Shown here: piece after piece, positions 37,676 through 45,517 of the stretch
How positions within the stretch are numbered: position 1 is the stretch's first letter
Layout: each line of letters opens with the position of its first letter
From: an uncultured Micavibrio sp.
Lineage (GTDB): Bacteria > Pseudomonadota > Alphaproteobacteria > Micavibrionales > Micavibrionaceae
Length of the DNA stretch: 45,517 nt
Assembly: GCA_964351955.1 (NCBI GenBank)
Contig: CAYGQG010000002.1
Span: forward strand, 1 to 45,517
Reading direction: 5' to 3'
Position numbers and translations under genes: made by a program
The notes under the pieces: generated by a model
What the model saw: only the letters and a program-made list of their open reading frames with translations
What the model was told of the DNA's origin: nothing
Databases searched by the model: none

Positions 37676-38128
37676 ATGAAAATCGATTCTAAAGCGATTA
37701 AACAGCTGGCTGACTTGCTTGAAGAAACTGGCCTGAATGAAATTGAAGTTGCCGATGGTGACAAAGCCATTCGCGTGAGCAAAGGCGGCGGTACAGTCGT
37801 TGCTGCCGGTGCGCCAGCCGTTTCCATGTCCTCTGATCCTGCTGTGCCTCAGGTCGCGAATACAAGCGCGCCTGATACCGTTGCACATGCTCATCCGGGT
37901 GCAGTTACCTCTCCTATGGTTGGAACGGCCTATCTTCAGGGCGAGCCTGATGCTCCCCCATTCGTGAAAAAAGGTGATACCGTTGCTGCCGGTGATACTG
38001 TGATGATCATTGAGGCCATGAAGGTTATGAACCCGATCAAGGCGGAAAAGGGCGGTACAGTCACACAAATTCTGATCGAAAACGGACAGCCTGTCGAATT
38101 CGGCGATGTGTTGATGGTTGTCGAGTAA
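37676..38128 (+). CDS. accB: acetyl-CoA carboxylase biotin carboxyl carrier protein
   Basis: I placed the start at [25 protein letters not shown]. It has an Ala/Pro linker and the [11 protein letters not shown] biotinyl-lysine motif. Confidence 0.9.
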   Translation: MKIDSKAIKQLADLLEETGLNEIEVADGDKAIRVSKGGGTVVAAGAPAVSMSSDPAVPQVANTSAPDTVAHAHPGAVTSPMVGTAYLQGEPDAPPFVKKGDTVAAGDTVMIIEAMKVMNPIKAEKGGTVTQILIENGQPVEFGDVLMVVE

Positions 38129-38133
38129 ATTTA

Positions 38134-39474
38134 ATGTTTAAAAAAATCCTGATAGCCAATCGCGGTGAAATTGCGTTACGCGTTATTCGTGCCTGTAAAG
38201 AAATGGGTATTGAAAGCGTTGCTGTGCATTCTACTGCTGATGCCAATGCTATGGCTGTCAGACTGGCTGACGAGTCGGTATGTATCGGCCCGCCGCAAAG
38301 CCGCGATTCCTATTTGAACATTCCTGCAATCTTAAGTGCAGCTGCACTGACAGGGGCGGATGCCATTCACCCCGGTTATGGGTTTTTGTCTGAAAACGCG
38401 CAATTCGCCCGCATGGTCGAAGAGCACGGCTTTGCCTTTATCGGCCCTACGCCCGAGCATATCGAGCAGATGGGTGACAAGGTTACCGCCAAGCAGACCG
38501 TTAAAGCGCTTGGTTTGCCTGTTGTTCCGGGTTCTGACGGCGGTGTTGAAACAGCGAAAGAAGGCCTGAAAATAGCCATGGATATGGGGCTTCCCGTGAT
38601 CATCAAAGCTGCAAGCGGTGGCGGTGGTAAGGGGATGCAAGTTGTCGAGAGCGAAGACCAGTTCGAAGAGCTGTTTAATCGCGCCCGTAGCGAAGCCGAG
38701 GCCAATTTCGGCGATTCCACGGTGTATATCGAGAAATTCCTGAAAAACCCCAAGCACATCGAAATTCAGGTATTTGGCGATACGCATGGCAATGCCATTC
38801 ATTTGGGCGAGCGTGATTGTTCGGTCCAGCGCCGTCACCAAAAACTGGTTGAAGAAGCGCCTTCTCCTGTGATCACTGATGATCTACGCCATGAAATTGG
38901 CTCACTCGCGGCGAAAACTATTCGTGAAATGGGCTATCGCGGTGCGGGAACAATCGAGTTTCTCTATGAAGACGGCAAATTCTATTTCATGGAAATGAAC
39001 ACCCGTATTCAGGTTGAGCACCCTGTGACCGAAATGATTACAGGGATCGATTTGATTGCCGAGCAAATACGCGTTGCAGCAGGGGAAGAATTAACGATCA
39101 AAAAAGATCGCATGCGTTTACGCGGGCACGCCATTGAAATTCGTATCAATGCCGAAGACCCGAACACATTCATTCCTTCACCGGGCAAGATCACACAATT
39201 CCACGCACCCGGCGGTTTGGGCGTTCGTTTTGATTCCGCCATTTATGCAGGTTACAGCATTCCACCTTATTACGATTCCATGGTCGGGAAGTTGATCGTG
39301 CATGGACGCAACCGTGAGGAATGTATCCGGCGTTTGAAACGGGCGATCCGCGAAACCATTATCGAGGGCGTGAAAACCACCTTGCCTTTGCATGACTGGA
39401 TTTTGCAGCAGGAAGATTTCCTTAGCGGTGAATATTCGATCAAGTGGCTCGAAGACCAGCTCAAAGACCGCTAA
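38134..39474 (+). CDS. accC: acetyl-CoA carboxylase biotin carboxylase subunit
   Basis: 446 aa. [42 protein letters not shown]. Confidence 0.95.
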   Translation: MFKKILIANRGEIALRVIRACKEMGIESVAVHSTADANAMAVRLADESVCIGPPQSRDSYLNIPAILSAAALTGADAIHPGYGFLSENAQFARMVEEHGFAFIGPTPEHIEQMGDKVTAKQTVKALGLPVVPGSDGGVETAKEGLKIAMDMGLPVIIKAASGGGGKGMQVVESEDQFEELFNRARSEAEANFGDSTVYIEKFLKNPKHIEIQVFGDTHGNAIHLGERDCSVQRRHQKLVEEAPSPVITDDLRHEIGSLAAKTIREMGYRGAGTIEFLYEDGKFYFMEMNTRIQVEHPVTEMITGIDLIAEQIRVAAGEELTIKKDRMRLRGHAIEIRINAEDPNTFIPSPGKITQFHAPGGLGVRFDSAIYAGYSIPPYYDSMVGKLIVHGRNREECIRRLKRAIRETIIEGVKTTLPLHDWILQQEDFLSGEYSIKWLEDQLKDR

Positions 39475-39531
39475 AACCCGCACATAGCTTAATTTTTCGC
39501 ATTTTCATGCTGTTTTCCCTATAATGGAAAT

Positions 39532-40212
39532 ATGCAGCTCGTATTGACACCAGAACTTCTGATCGAAGCGTATAAGCAAGGTTTATTCCCTATGGCTTAT
39601 AACGGTGACAGTCCATATGTGCATTGGATTTGCCCTGATGAGCGCGGGCAATTGCCGATACTGGATCTGCATATTCCGCGATCACTACAAAAATTTATAC
39701 GCAAGAATTTAAAACGAAACGATCCATTTACTATAACAATCAACACTGATTTCGAAGCCGTGATGCGACAATGCGCAGCGGTCAGGCTCGACCGTCCCGA
39801 GACATGGATTAACGAGCCGATCATCAAAGCCTATTGCGATTTACATGAGCGCGGGCATGCGCATAGCGTTGAATGTCGGAATATGAACGGCAAGCTGGTT
39901 GGCGGTTTATACGGCGTTTCCGTAGGTGCAGCCTTTTTCGGGGAAAGTATGTTCAGCCGCGAAACCAATGCGAGTAAAGCCGCACTCATTCATTTATGTG
40001 CGCGTCTACATAAGGGCGGGTATACATTGCTGGATACGCAATTTGTGAATGACCATCTGAAGCAATTCGGCGTATTCGAAATTTCACACGGCGCGTATAT
40101 TGACCGCCTTCGGACTGCGACCAAGCTGGAAGCTGACTTCAAATTGGATGGGATAAGCGAAGCTGAATTGTTGGAACAGTATTTCGATGCGCGGGCAAAA
40201 CGCGCACCTTAA
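39532..40212 (+). CDS. aat: leucyl/phenylalanyl-tRNA--protein transferase
   Basis: 226 aa. YKQGLFPM, HSVECRNMNGKLVGGLYGVSVGAAFFGESMFS, LLDTQ. Confidence 0.9.
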   Translation: MQLVLTPELLIEAYKQGLFPMAYNGDSPYVHWICPDERGQLPILDLHIPRSLQKFIRKNLKRNDPFTITINTDFEAVMRQCAAVRLDRPETWINEPIIKAYCDLHERGHAHSVECRNMNGKLVGGLYGVSVGAAFFGESMFSRETNASKAALIHLCARLHKGGYTLLDTQFVNDHLKQFGVFEISHGAYIDRLRTATKLEADFKLDGISEAELLEQYFDARAKRAP

Positions 40213-40214
40213 CT

Positions 40215-40715
40215 TTATTCTTCTAACACTGGTGTTTCAGGGCTTTCAGTGTCTTCTATCACCCCTTCGCCTTCTTTGACTTCACCGGTTTCTTCTTCTT
40301 CGGGAACTTGTTCATCAGTACTGGCCAGACAATCAAGTACCCATACATCGTAGATCGGATGGTCCATTGCGGAAAGACCGGGCGATGAGCCGAACATCCA
40401 GCCGCTAAAAATCCATTCAGGCTTGGCTTCTTCACCCTCAGCCGCAGGCGGGGTTTCCCATACTTGCAGGAAGGCCGCAGATTCCGGCTGTTCAAGCTCC
40501 GGCGCTTTTCTGCATGCCTGTACCTTGATATAGACGGAACCGAATTTGATTGTCTTGCCGACTTCGGCTTCGAAAACCTGCGTACGGGCGGTGATTTTGT
40601 CTAGTGACCGGAGTTGGACGATCGGGAAATCAATCGTTGCACGTGCCTGCAACGGTGCAGGCATCAAAATCAGAATGATGAGTAAAGTAACGGCGCTAAG
40701 GAAACCGACGCGCAT
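40215..40715 (-). CDS. DUF2155 domain protein (secreted)
   Basis: VQLRSLDKITARTQVFEAEVGKTIKFGSVYIKVQACRKAPELEQPESAAFLQVWE matches the DUF2155 pattern. I moved the start to MRVGFLSAVTLLIILILMPAPLQA (ATG complement of 40713-40715), one nucleotide after the mlaD stop codon. The ORF-track start at 40778 would overlap mlaD by 62 nt. Confidence 0.65.
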   Translation of the reverse strand: MRVGFLSAVTLLIILILMPAPLQARATIDFPIVQLRSLDKITARTQVFEAEVGKTIKFGSVYIKVQACRKAPELEQPESAAFLQVWETPPAAEGEEAKPEWIFSGWMFGSSPGLSAMDHPIYDVWVLDCLASTDEQVPEEEETGEVKEGEGVIEDTESPETPVLEE

Positions 40716-40716
40716 A

Positions 40717-41193
40717 TTATTGAGACGCGCTCTCGTCATTACCGCCCTCTTCAGAAACACTGAAAATAAACTGGCCAAGTAGCTGCTCCAAGTTTTGCGG
40801 AGCTTGCGTATACTCTATGCGCCCACCCGCTTCGAGCAGTTCCTCGTCCGCACCAGGTTCAAGAGCCAAAAAACGCCCGCCAAGCAAGCTTTCGCTGCTG
40901 ATCAACGCGGCGGTATCAACAGGCAATTTAACCGTGCTATCGACCAGAATATTTACCCGCGCAAGATAGGTTTCAGGATCCAGTTCAACGCTGTTGATCG
41001 TGCCGACTTTTACGCCGCTGATTTGAACATCGTCGCCCGCTTTCAGGCCGCCAATGCCGGAGAAATGCGCAACGACTTCGTAACCGCCGCTACCAGCACC
41101 GACATCTGCAATACGGTAGCTGAACATCAAAAACAGCACGGCCACGCCAATAACCACGGCCCCTAAAATTGTTTCTACTACACTGCGCTTCAT
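40717..41193 (-). CDS. mlaD: outer-membrane lipid asymmetry protein MlaD (MCE domain)
   Basis: 158 aa. N-terminal TM segment, then GLKAGDDVQISGVKVGTINSVELD and a SESLLGGRFLALEPG block. Confidence 0.8.
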   Translation of the reverse strand: MKRSVVETILGAVVIGVAVLFLMFSYRIADVGAGSGGYEVVAHFSGIGGLKAGDDVQISGVKVGTINSVELDPETYLARVNILVDSTVKLPVDTAALISSESLLGGRFLALEPGADEELLEAGGRIEYTQAPQNLEQLLGQFIFSVSEEGGNDESASQ

Positions 41194-41213
41194 AATTTTC
41201 CCTTGTTGCTAGT

Positions 41214-41609
41214 TTATTCAGGCGGTGTCCACGCCTTGTAATCCCCGTATGCCTTATCGCGTTTACCGCCTTCGAGCACATGGCCCGGCGGGCGATAGGC
41301 TTTGTTTGTACCTGTCATATTCGGTTGATGCGGCTTTTGCCACGGGCGACGGAAGCTTTCCTCACCATTTACGGGTACTGCGTCAGTTTGATGATGCAGC
41401 CAGCCATGCCATTCGGGCGGCACGCTTGATGCTTCAGGGTCGTCCTTATACATCACCCAGCGGCGGTCACGTTTATAACCGCTACGGGGTTTGCCGCGAT
41501 AATATTTGTTTCCAAACGCATCTTCTCCGACTTTCTCTCCGCCGGATAACGCGCCGAATACATTCATGTATACAGGTGATAAAACACCCAAAATCTTTAG
41601 CAGGCTCAT
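41214..41609 (-). CDS. NADH:ubiquinone oxidoreductase subunit NDUFA12-like protein
   Basis: 131 aa. GEDAFGNKYYRGK, RRWVMY, PPEWHGWLHH. Confidence 0.85.
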   Translation of the reverse strand: MSLLKILGVLSPVYMNVFGALSGGEKVGEDAFGNKYYRGKPRSGYKRDRRWVMYKDDPEASSVPPEWHGWLHHQTDAVPVNGEESFRRPWQKPHQPNMTGTNKAYRPPGHVLEGGKRDKAYGDYKAWTPPE

Positions 41610-41677
41610 TGGTAATCCTTTACAAACAGCCGATAGAATTTAATATCACGAAAACAACAAAAGGACACCCCTGCTTT

Positions 41678-42139
41678 ATGGAACTTGTCGAAAAATTGCA
41701 AGCTTTAGGCCTCGAATTACCGCAAGCGGCAGCACCTGCTGCAAATTACGTCCCCTATGTGATCAGTGGCAATCAGCTGTTCGTTGCGGGTCAGATACCG
41801 TTTTTGAACGGTCAGAGTATGCATCTGGGCCGTTTAGGCGATGATCTGGCTGTTGAGGACGGCGTAAAGGCCGCACAAGCCTGTGCGCTCAATCTTCTGG
41901 CGCAGGCCAATGCCGCAGTCGGCGGTGAATGGAGCAAAGTCAGCCGTTTGGTCAAGCTTGGCGCATTTGTAAATTGTACGCCTGATTTTACCGACCATCC
42001 AAAAGTGGTGAACGGTGCGTCTGATTTGATGGTTGAGGTTATGGGTGACAATGGCAAGCATGCACGGTTTGCTGTTGGTGCGCCGTCACTGCCACTTGGC
42101 GTTGCTGTTGAAATTGATGCTATTTTCGAGCTGGCTTAA
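41678..42139 (+). CDS. RidA/YjgF family protein
   Basis: I placed the start at MELVEKLQALGLELPQAAAPAANYVPYVISGNQLFVAGQ (AAAAGGA upstream). The C-terminus LPLGVAVEIDAIFEL fits the family. The longer ORF-track frame from 41225 is antisense to the NDUFA12-like gene. Confidence 0.85.
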   Translation: MELVEKLQALGLELPQAAAPAANYVPYVISGNQLFVAGQIPFLNGQSMHLGRLGDDLAVEDGVKAAQACALNLLAQANAAVGGEWSKVSRLVKLGAFVNCTPDFTDHPKVVNGASDLMVEVMGDNGKHARFAVGAPSLPLGVAVEIDAIFELA

Positions 42140-42144
42140 AGGGT

Positions 42145-43020
42145 TTAGGGCTGCTCTGTTGCGGCCTGTTTCGCGCCTTTGAACATTTCCATGGCTTGTT
42201 CACGGCAAAGCTGTTGGTACACAGCTTCTTTGACCTGTTTATGTTCGGAGATTCCGCCCGTGTCCTCATGCGTTAAGCCATAATACACTTCACCGATCGC
42301 TACACTTTCGATCAAAGCCTTACCTATACGGGTTGGCTGGCTCGAGCAATACAGAATGCAATCGGATAAATCGTCTTTACCGATTTTCTCGGCGGCCTGA
42401 CGGATGGCGATGACTTCGGCATGACCGGTCGGGTCATAACGTGCGGCCTTGCCGCTTTTCCCCGTGCCCAGAACCTGTCCGTCGCGTGTCGCAACCAAAG
42501 CGGCGAACGGGCCGCCCCTGCCCAAACGGGCGTTTTCACTGGCCAGCTCGATTGTCTGATCCATCAATTGTTCGGGGGTATAGCGTGTTTTGTGTTCCTG
42601 CACGGCCAGAGGTGACGGGTTCAAACCTTTGCGCTTTAAAATACGTTGTACAGTTTCAATCAAGCGTTCTGGCGCGACAGGTTTTTGCATGACTTTGGCA
42701 ACGCCCAGAGAGCTGGCCTCCATCAAAAGATCCGCGGAATCATCGCCTGTGATAATCACAACAGGAATCTTCAAACCCTTGGTCAGTGTGTGTTTTACAA
42801 ACTCAAACCCACCTTTTGGTGCCATGTTCACATCGACCAACGCCATATCAATATTGGTCTCTTCAGTCACCTTGATAGCCGAGTCACCGTCAATAGCGCC
42901 GTGCATCGTATAGCCCTGCGCCTGTAGTATCCCCATCATCATATTGCGGGATACATCATTGTCTTCTGCGACGAGAATATTGATAAAGCCTTGATCGCTC
43001 ATACAGATATTAAACCACAT
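42145..43020 (-). CDS. response-regulator receiver fused to a guanine-deaminase-like (CDA-fold) domain lacking the PCxxC cysteines
   Basis: Receiver residues are ILVAEDND, MALVDVNMAPKGG, VVIITGDD and KVMQKPV. The C-terminal half reads GGPFAALVATRDGQVLGTG...DPTGHAEVIAIRQA...DCILYCSSQPTRIGKALI. An alternative start is M7 at 43002. Confidence 0.75.
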   Translation of the reverse strand: MWFNICMSDQGFINILVAEDNDVSRNMMMGILQAQGYTMHGAIDGDSAIKVTEETNIDMALVDVNMAPKGGFEFVKHTLTKGLKIPVVIITGDDSADLLMEASSLGVAKVMQKPVAPERLIETVQRILKRKGLNPSPLAVQEHKTRYTPEQLMDQTIELASENARLGRGGPFAALVATRDGQVLGTGKSGKAARYDPTGHAEVIAIRQAAEKIGKDDLSDCILYCSSQPTRIGKALIESVAIGEVYYGLTHEDTGGISEHKQVKEAVYQQLCREQAMEMFKGAKQAATEQP

Positions 43021-43073
43021 TTTACCCTATAAGAGGGCAGAAAAAGCGAAACAAAGCTGATATAATTAAAGTC

Positions 43074-43781
43074 ATGAAATCAAACGCTGAATCCGGAAAC
43101 GTACTGTTTATCATTTTGATCGCGATCGCGCTTTTTGCGGCGTTGAGTTTTGCCGTCTCCAACATCATGCGCAGCGGCAATGCAGAAGCGATTAGTGAGC
43201 AACGCGCCAGTATTCTGGCTGACGAAATTCTGGCCCAAATACGGGATATTCGGCAAACCGTATTGAACTTACGGATATCGAACGGATGCGAAGATATCGA
43301 CATTAGTTTCGAGAACCCGACGGTCGCAGGATACGAGCACACTCCCGTTGCGGATGATAAATGCAAAGTGTTTCATCCGTCCGGAGGGGGATTAAACTAT
43401 ATCGTTCCTGTCCAAGATTGGAGCATGCCGATTAGCCCCACTCCCGTTTTTCATAGAGAGCATTACTTCACAGGTTCGGTTATCGCCCAAGATATAGGCA
43501 CCGCAGAACGCGATCTGGTCTATTTCCTGCCCTATATCTCCTTGCCAATCTGCCTACAGCTCAACCAAAAACTGGGTATCGATAACCCCGCCGGCAGTCC
43601 GCCCGTTGAAGCGGCGAATGGTTGGACGACATCCAATGTGAAATTTACGGGAGAATACTCATCCGGCGGAACGCAGTTACAAAGAGGCGGTGCCATGGCC
43701 GGATGTTTCGAAGGCAATAACGTGAGCAGCACGCCACCGACAGGGACGTATCATTTCTTCCAGATTTTATTGCCACGTTGA
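43074..43781 (+). CDS. hypothetical protein with a pilin/pseudopilin-like hydrophobic N-terminus
   Basis: 235 aa. MKSNAESG-NVLFIILIAIALFAALSFAV resembles a prepilin leader plus N-terminal helix, but has Ile instead of Glu at +5. The globular part has 4 Cys. Confidence 0.5.
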   Translation: MKSNAESGNVLFIILIAIALFAALSFAVSNIMRSGNAEAISEQRASILADEILAQIRDIRQTVLNLRISNGCEDIDISFENPTVAGYEHTPVADDKCKVFHPSGGGLNYIVPVQDWSMPISPTPVFHREHYFTGSVIAQDIGTAERDLVYFLPYISLPICLQLNQKLGIDNPAGSPPVEAANGWTTSNVKFTGEYSSGGTQLQRGGAMAGCFEGNNVSSTPPTGTYHFFQILLPR

Positions 43782-43794
43782 TTATTGAAGAGCG

Positions 43795-45516
43795 TTATTT
43801 AACAGGCGCTTCTTCGGCCGTATCTCCATCAACTGATTTTTTAGCGGTAGGTTTTTTCCCTGCTGCTTTTTTGATGTCGAATGTCAGCTCGTCTTTGTTC
43901 AGATCAACCTTAACCGTGCCGCCACCTTCAAGCTTGCCGAACAAAATTTCTTCAGCCAGCGGGCGTTTGATTTTTTCCTGAATGATACGGCTTAGCGGGC
44001 GCGCACCCATCGCAGGATCATAGCCTTTTTCCGCCAGATATTTACGCGCAGGTTTAGAGAGCACGATCTCGATATTTTTATCGGCCAGTTGCCCTTCGAG
44101 TTGGGCGACGAATTTCTCGACCACTTTCTCAACCGTTTTATGAGAGAGATTCTGGAACGGCACAATCGCGTCCAGACGGTTTCTAAATTCAGGGCTGAAG
44201 GTCTTGGTGATGGCTTCGTTGTCATCGTACGTATTGCCGGAATCACCGATTTCGCGACCAAAGCCGATCGGGGTTTTAGCCAGATCCGATGCACCCGCGT
44301 TTGTTGTCATGATCAAAATCACATTGCGGAAATCAACGGTCTTGCCGTTATTATCGGTCAGCTTGCCGTAATCCATGACCTGCAACAAAATATTGAACAG
44401 ATCGGGGTGGGCCTTTTCAATCTCGTCCAGCAACAACACACAATGCGGATGCTGGTCGATTTTATCGGTGAGCAAGCCGCCTTGTTCAAACCCGACATAG
44501 CCCGGCGGTGTACCGATCAGGCGGGAGACAGAGTGACGTTCCATATATTCGGACATATCAAAACGCGTTAACTCGATGCCCATTGTCTTTGCAAGTTGTC
44601 TTGCAACTTCGGTTTTACCAACACCGGTTGGACCGCTAAACAGGTATGAGCCGATGGGTTTTTCATCTTCACGCAAGCCAGCACGCGCCATCTTGATGGA
44701 ATCGACGAGGATGTCGATTGCCTGATCCTGATCATAGACCATCGTTTTCAGATCACGTTCTAGATTTTGTAAAGATTCGCGGTCATCCTTGCTCATCGTT
44801 GCCGCAGGGATTCTTGCGATAGCCGCGACGACACCTTCGATATCATCACGTTCGATAATGGTTTTACGTTGATCGGGAGGGACGAGCATTTGCGCCGCGC
44901 CAACCTCGTCAATGATGTCGATCGCTTTATCGGGCAGTTTGCGGTCGCCGATATATTTAGCCGATAATTCAACAGCGGCCTTAATCGCTTCGGGCGTATA
45001 TTCCACCGTGTGGTGCTTCTCGTAATACGGTTTCAACCCCATCAGAATCGCGATTGCGTCTTCTATGCTCGGTTCTTCAACATCGATTTTCTGGAAGCGG
45101 CGAACGAGCGCGCGATCCTTTTCGAAATGGTTGCGGAATTCTTTATACGTCGTTGAGCCGATACATTTCAGTGAACCGTTCGATAGAGCAGGTTTCAACA
45201 AATTCGAGGCATCCATCGCGCCACCCGATGTTGCGCCCGCGCCGATAATGGTGTGGATTTCATCGATGAACAGCACCGCGCCGTCGATTTCTTCTAGCTC
45301 TTTCAAGACCATTTTCAAACGCTCTTCGAAGTCACCACGGTAACGCGTACCCGCCAGCAATGCGCCCATATCGAGCGCGAAGATAGTTGCATCATGCAGA
45401 ACTTCGGGAACATCTTTTTCAACAATGCGTTTAGCGAGCCCTTCTGCGATCGCAGTTTTACCAACGCCCGGATCACCGACATACATCGGATTGTTTTTGG
45501 AACGGCGACAAAGCAC
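43795..45516 (-). CDS. clpA: ATP-dependent Clp protease ATP-binding subunit ClpA; 3' two-thirds, N-terminus beyond the right edge
   Basis: [19 protein letters not shown] (Walker A of D1), [28 protein letters not shown] (D2) and [10 protein letters not shown]. It is collinear by eye with E. coli ClpA. The frame is open to the window end. Confidence 0.95.
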   Translation of the reverse strand: MLCRRSKNNPMYVGDPGVGKTAIAEGLAKRIVEKDVPEVLHDATIFALDMGALLAGTRYRGDFEERLKMVLKELEEIDGAVLFIDEIHTIIGAGATSGGAMDASNLLKPALSNGSLKCIGSTTYKEFRNHFEKDRALVRRFQKIDVEEPSIEDAIAILMGLKPYYEKHHTVEYTPEAIKAAVELSAKYIGDRKLPDKAIDIIDEVGAAQMLVPPDQRKTIIERDDIEGVVAAIARIPAATMSKDDRESLQNLERDLKTMVYDQDQAIDILVDSIKMARAGLREDEKPIGSYLFSGPTGVGKTEVARQLAKTMGIELTRFDMSEYMERHSVSRLIGTPPGYVGFEQGGLLTDKIDQHPHCVLLLDEIEKAHPDLFNILLQVMDYGKLTDNNGKTVDFRNVILIMTTNAGASDLAKTPIGFGREIGDSGNTYDDNEAITKTFSPEFRNRLDAIVPFQNLSHKTVEKVVEKFVAQLEGQLADKNIEIVLSKPARKYLAEKGYDPAMGARPLSRIIQEKIKRPLAEEILFGKLEGGGTVKVDLNKDELTFDIKKAAGKKPTAKKSVDGDTAEEAPVK

Positions 45517-45517
45517 C

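Noticed and set aside
41225-41677. 5' extensions in the ORF track. The RidA ORF is drawn from 41225, and there are similar extensions for GT4 (12635), OYE (25974), accB (37592), metE (21289) and guaB (31156).
   Set aside because: The extensions are non-homologous to the respective families. Some are antisense to real genes, such as the NDUFA12-like gene. Internal ATGs with proper SD sequences coincide with the expected family N-termini.

Overview
This is a dense 45.5 kb chromosomal segment with about 52 protein-coding genes and short intergenic gaps. I found no rRNA, tRNA, CRISPR array, transposase or integrase by eye. Gene content and synteny point to an alphaproteobacterium. The supporting blocks are thrC/M16 peptidase/GNAT, NDUFA12-like/mlaD/DUF2155/aat/accC/accB/aroQ, a PCuAC copper chaperone, and a SAM-II-type riboswitch in front of metE.

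Most genes are housekeeping:
- Purine metabolism: guaA, guaB.
- Methionine and one-carbon metabolism: metF, metE.
- Vitamin B6: pdxS, pdxT.
- Fatty-acid initiation: accB, accC.
- RNA modification: rsmB, rlmE and an RluA-family synthase.
- Envelope thiol and copper handling: a DsbD_N-like protein, two DsbA paralogs, a BepA-like protease and PCuAC.
- clpA, partial at the right edge.

No canonical defence island or mobile element is visible. The parts that housekeeping does not explain are small and scattered:
1. A response-regulator receiver fused to a guanine-deaminase-like domain that has lost both zinc-ligand cysteines. It is divergent from a pilin-like gene.
2. A three-gene orphan block between guaB and rlmE. 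Its last member looks like a PemK/MazF-fold protein and is preceded by a small acidic ORF.
3. A CheY-like regulator with a tandem Y-x-GPDRR tail, co-transcribed with an acidic orphan.
4. A 446-aa orphan carrying HESDH.
5. A 348-aa AT-richer orphan among glycosyltransferase genes.
6. An ORF inserted between pdxS and pdxT.
7. dgkA, which lacks a canonical start codon and has an in-frame TAG upstream.
8. An 11-bp perfect hairpin covering a Shine-Dalgarno sequence.

All calls come from reading the translations and the DNA by eye. No database search or computation was run, so family assignments rest on motifs and start codons are provisional.
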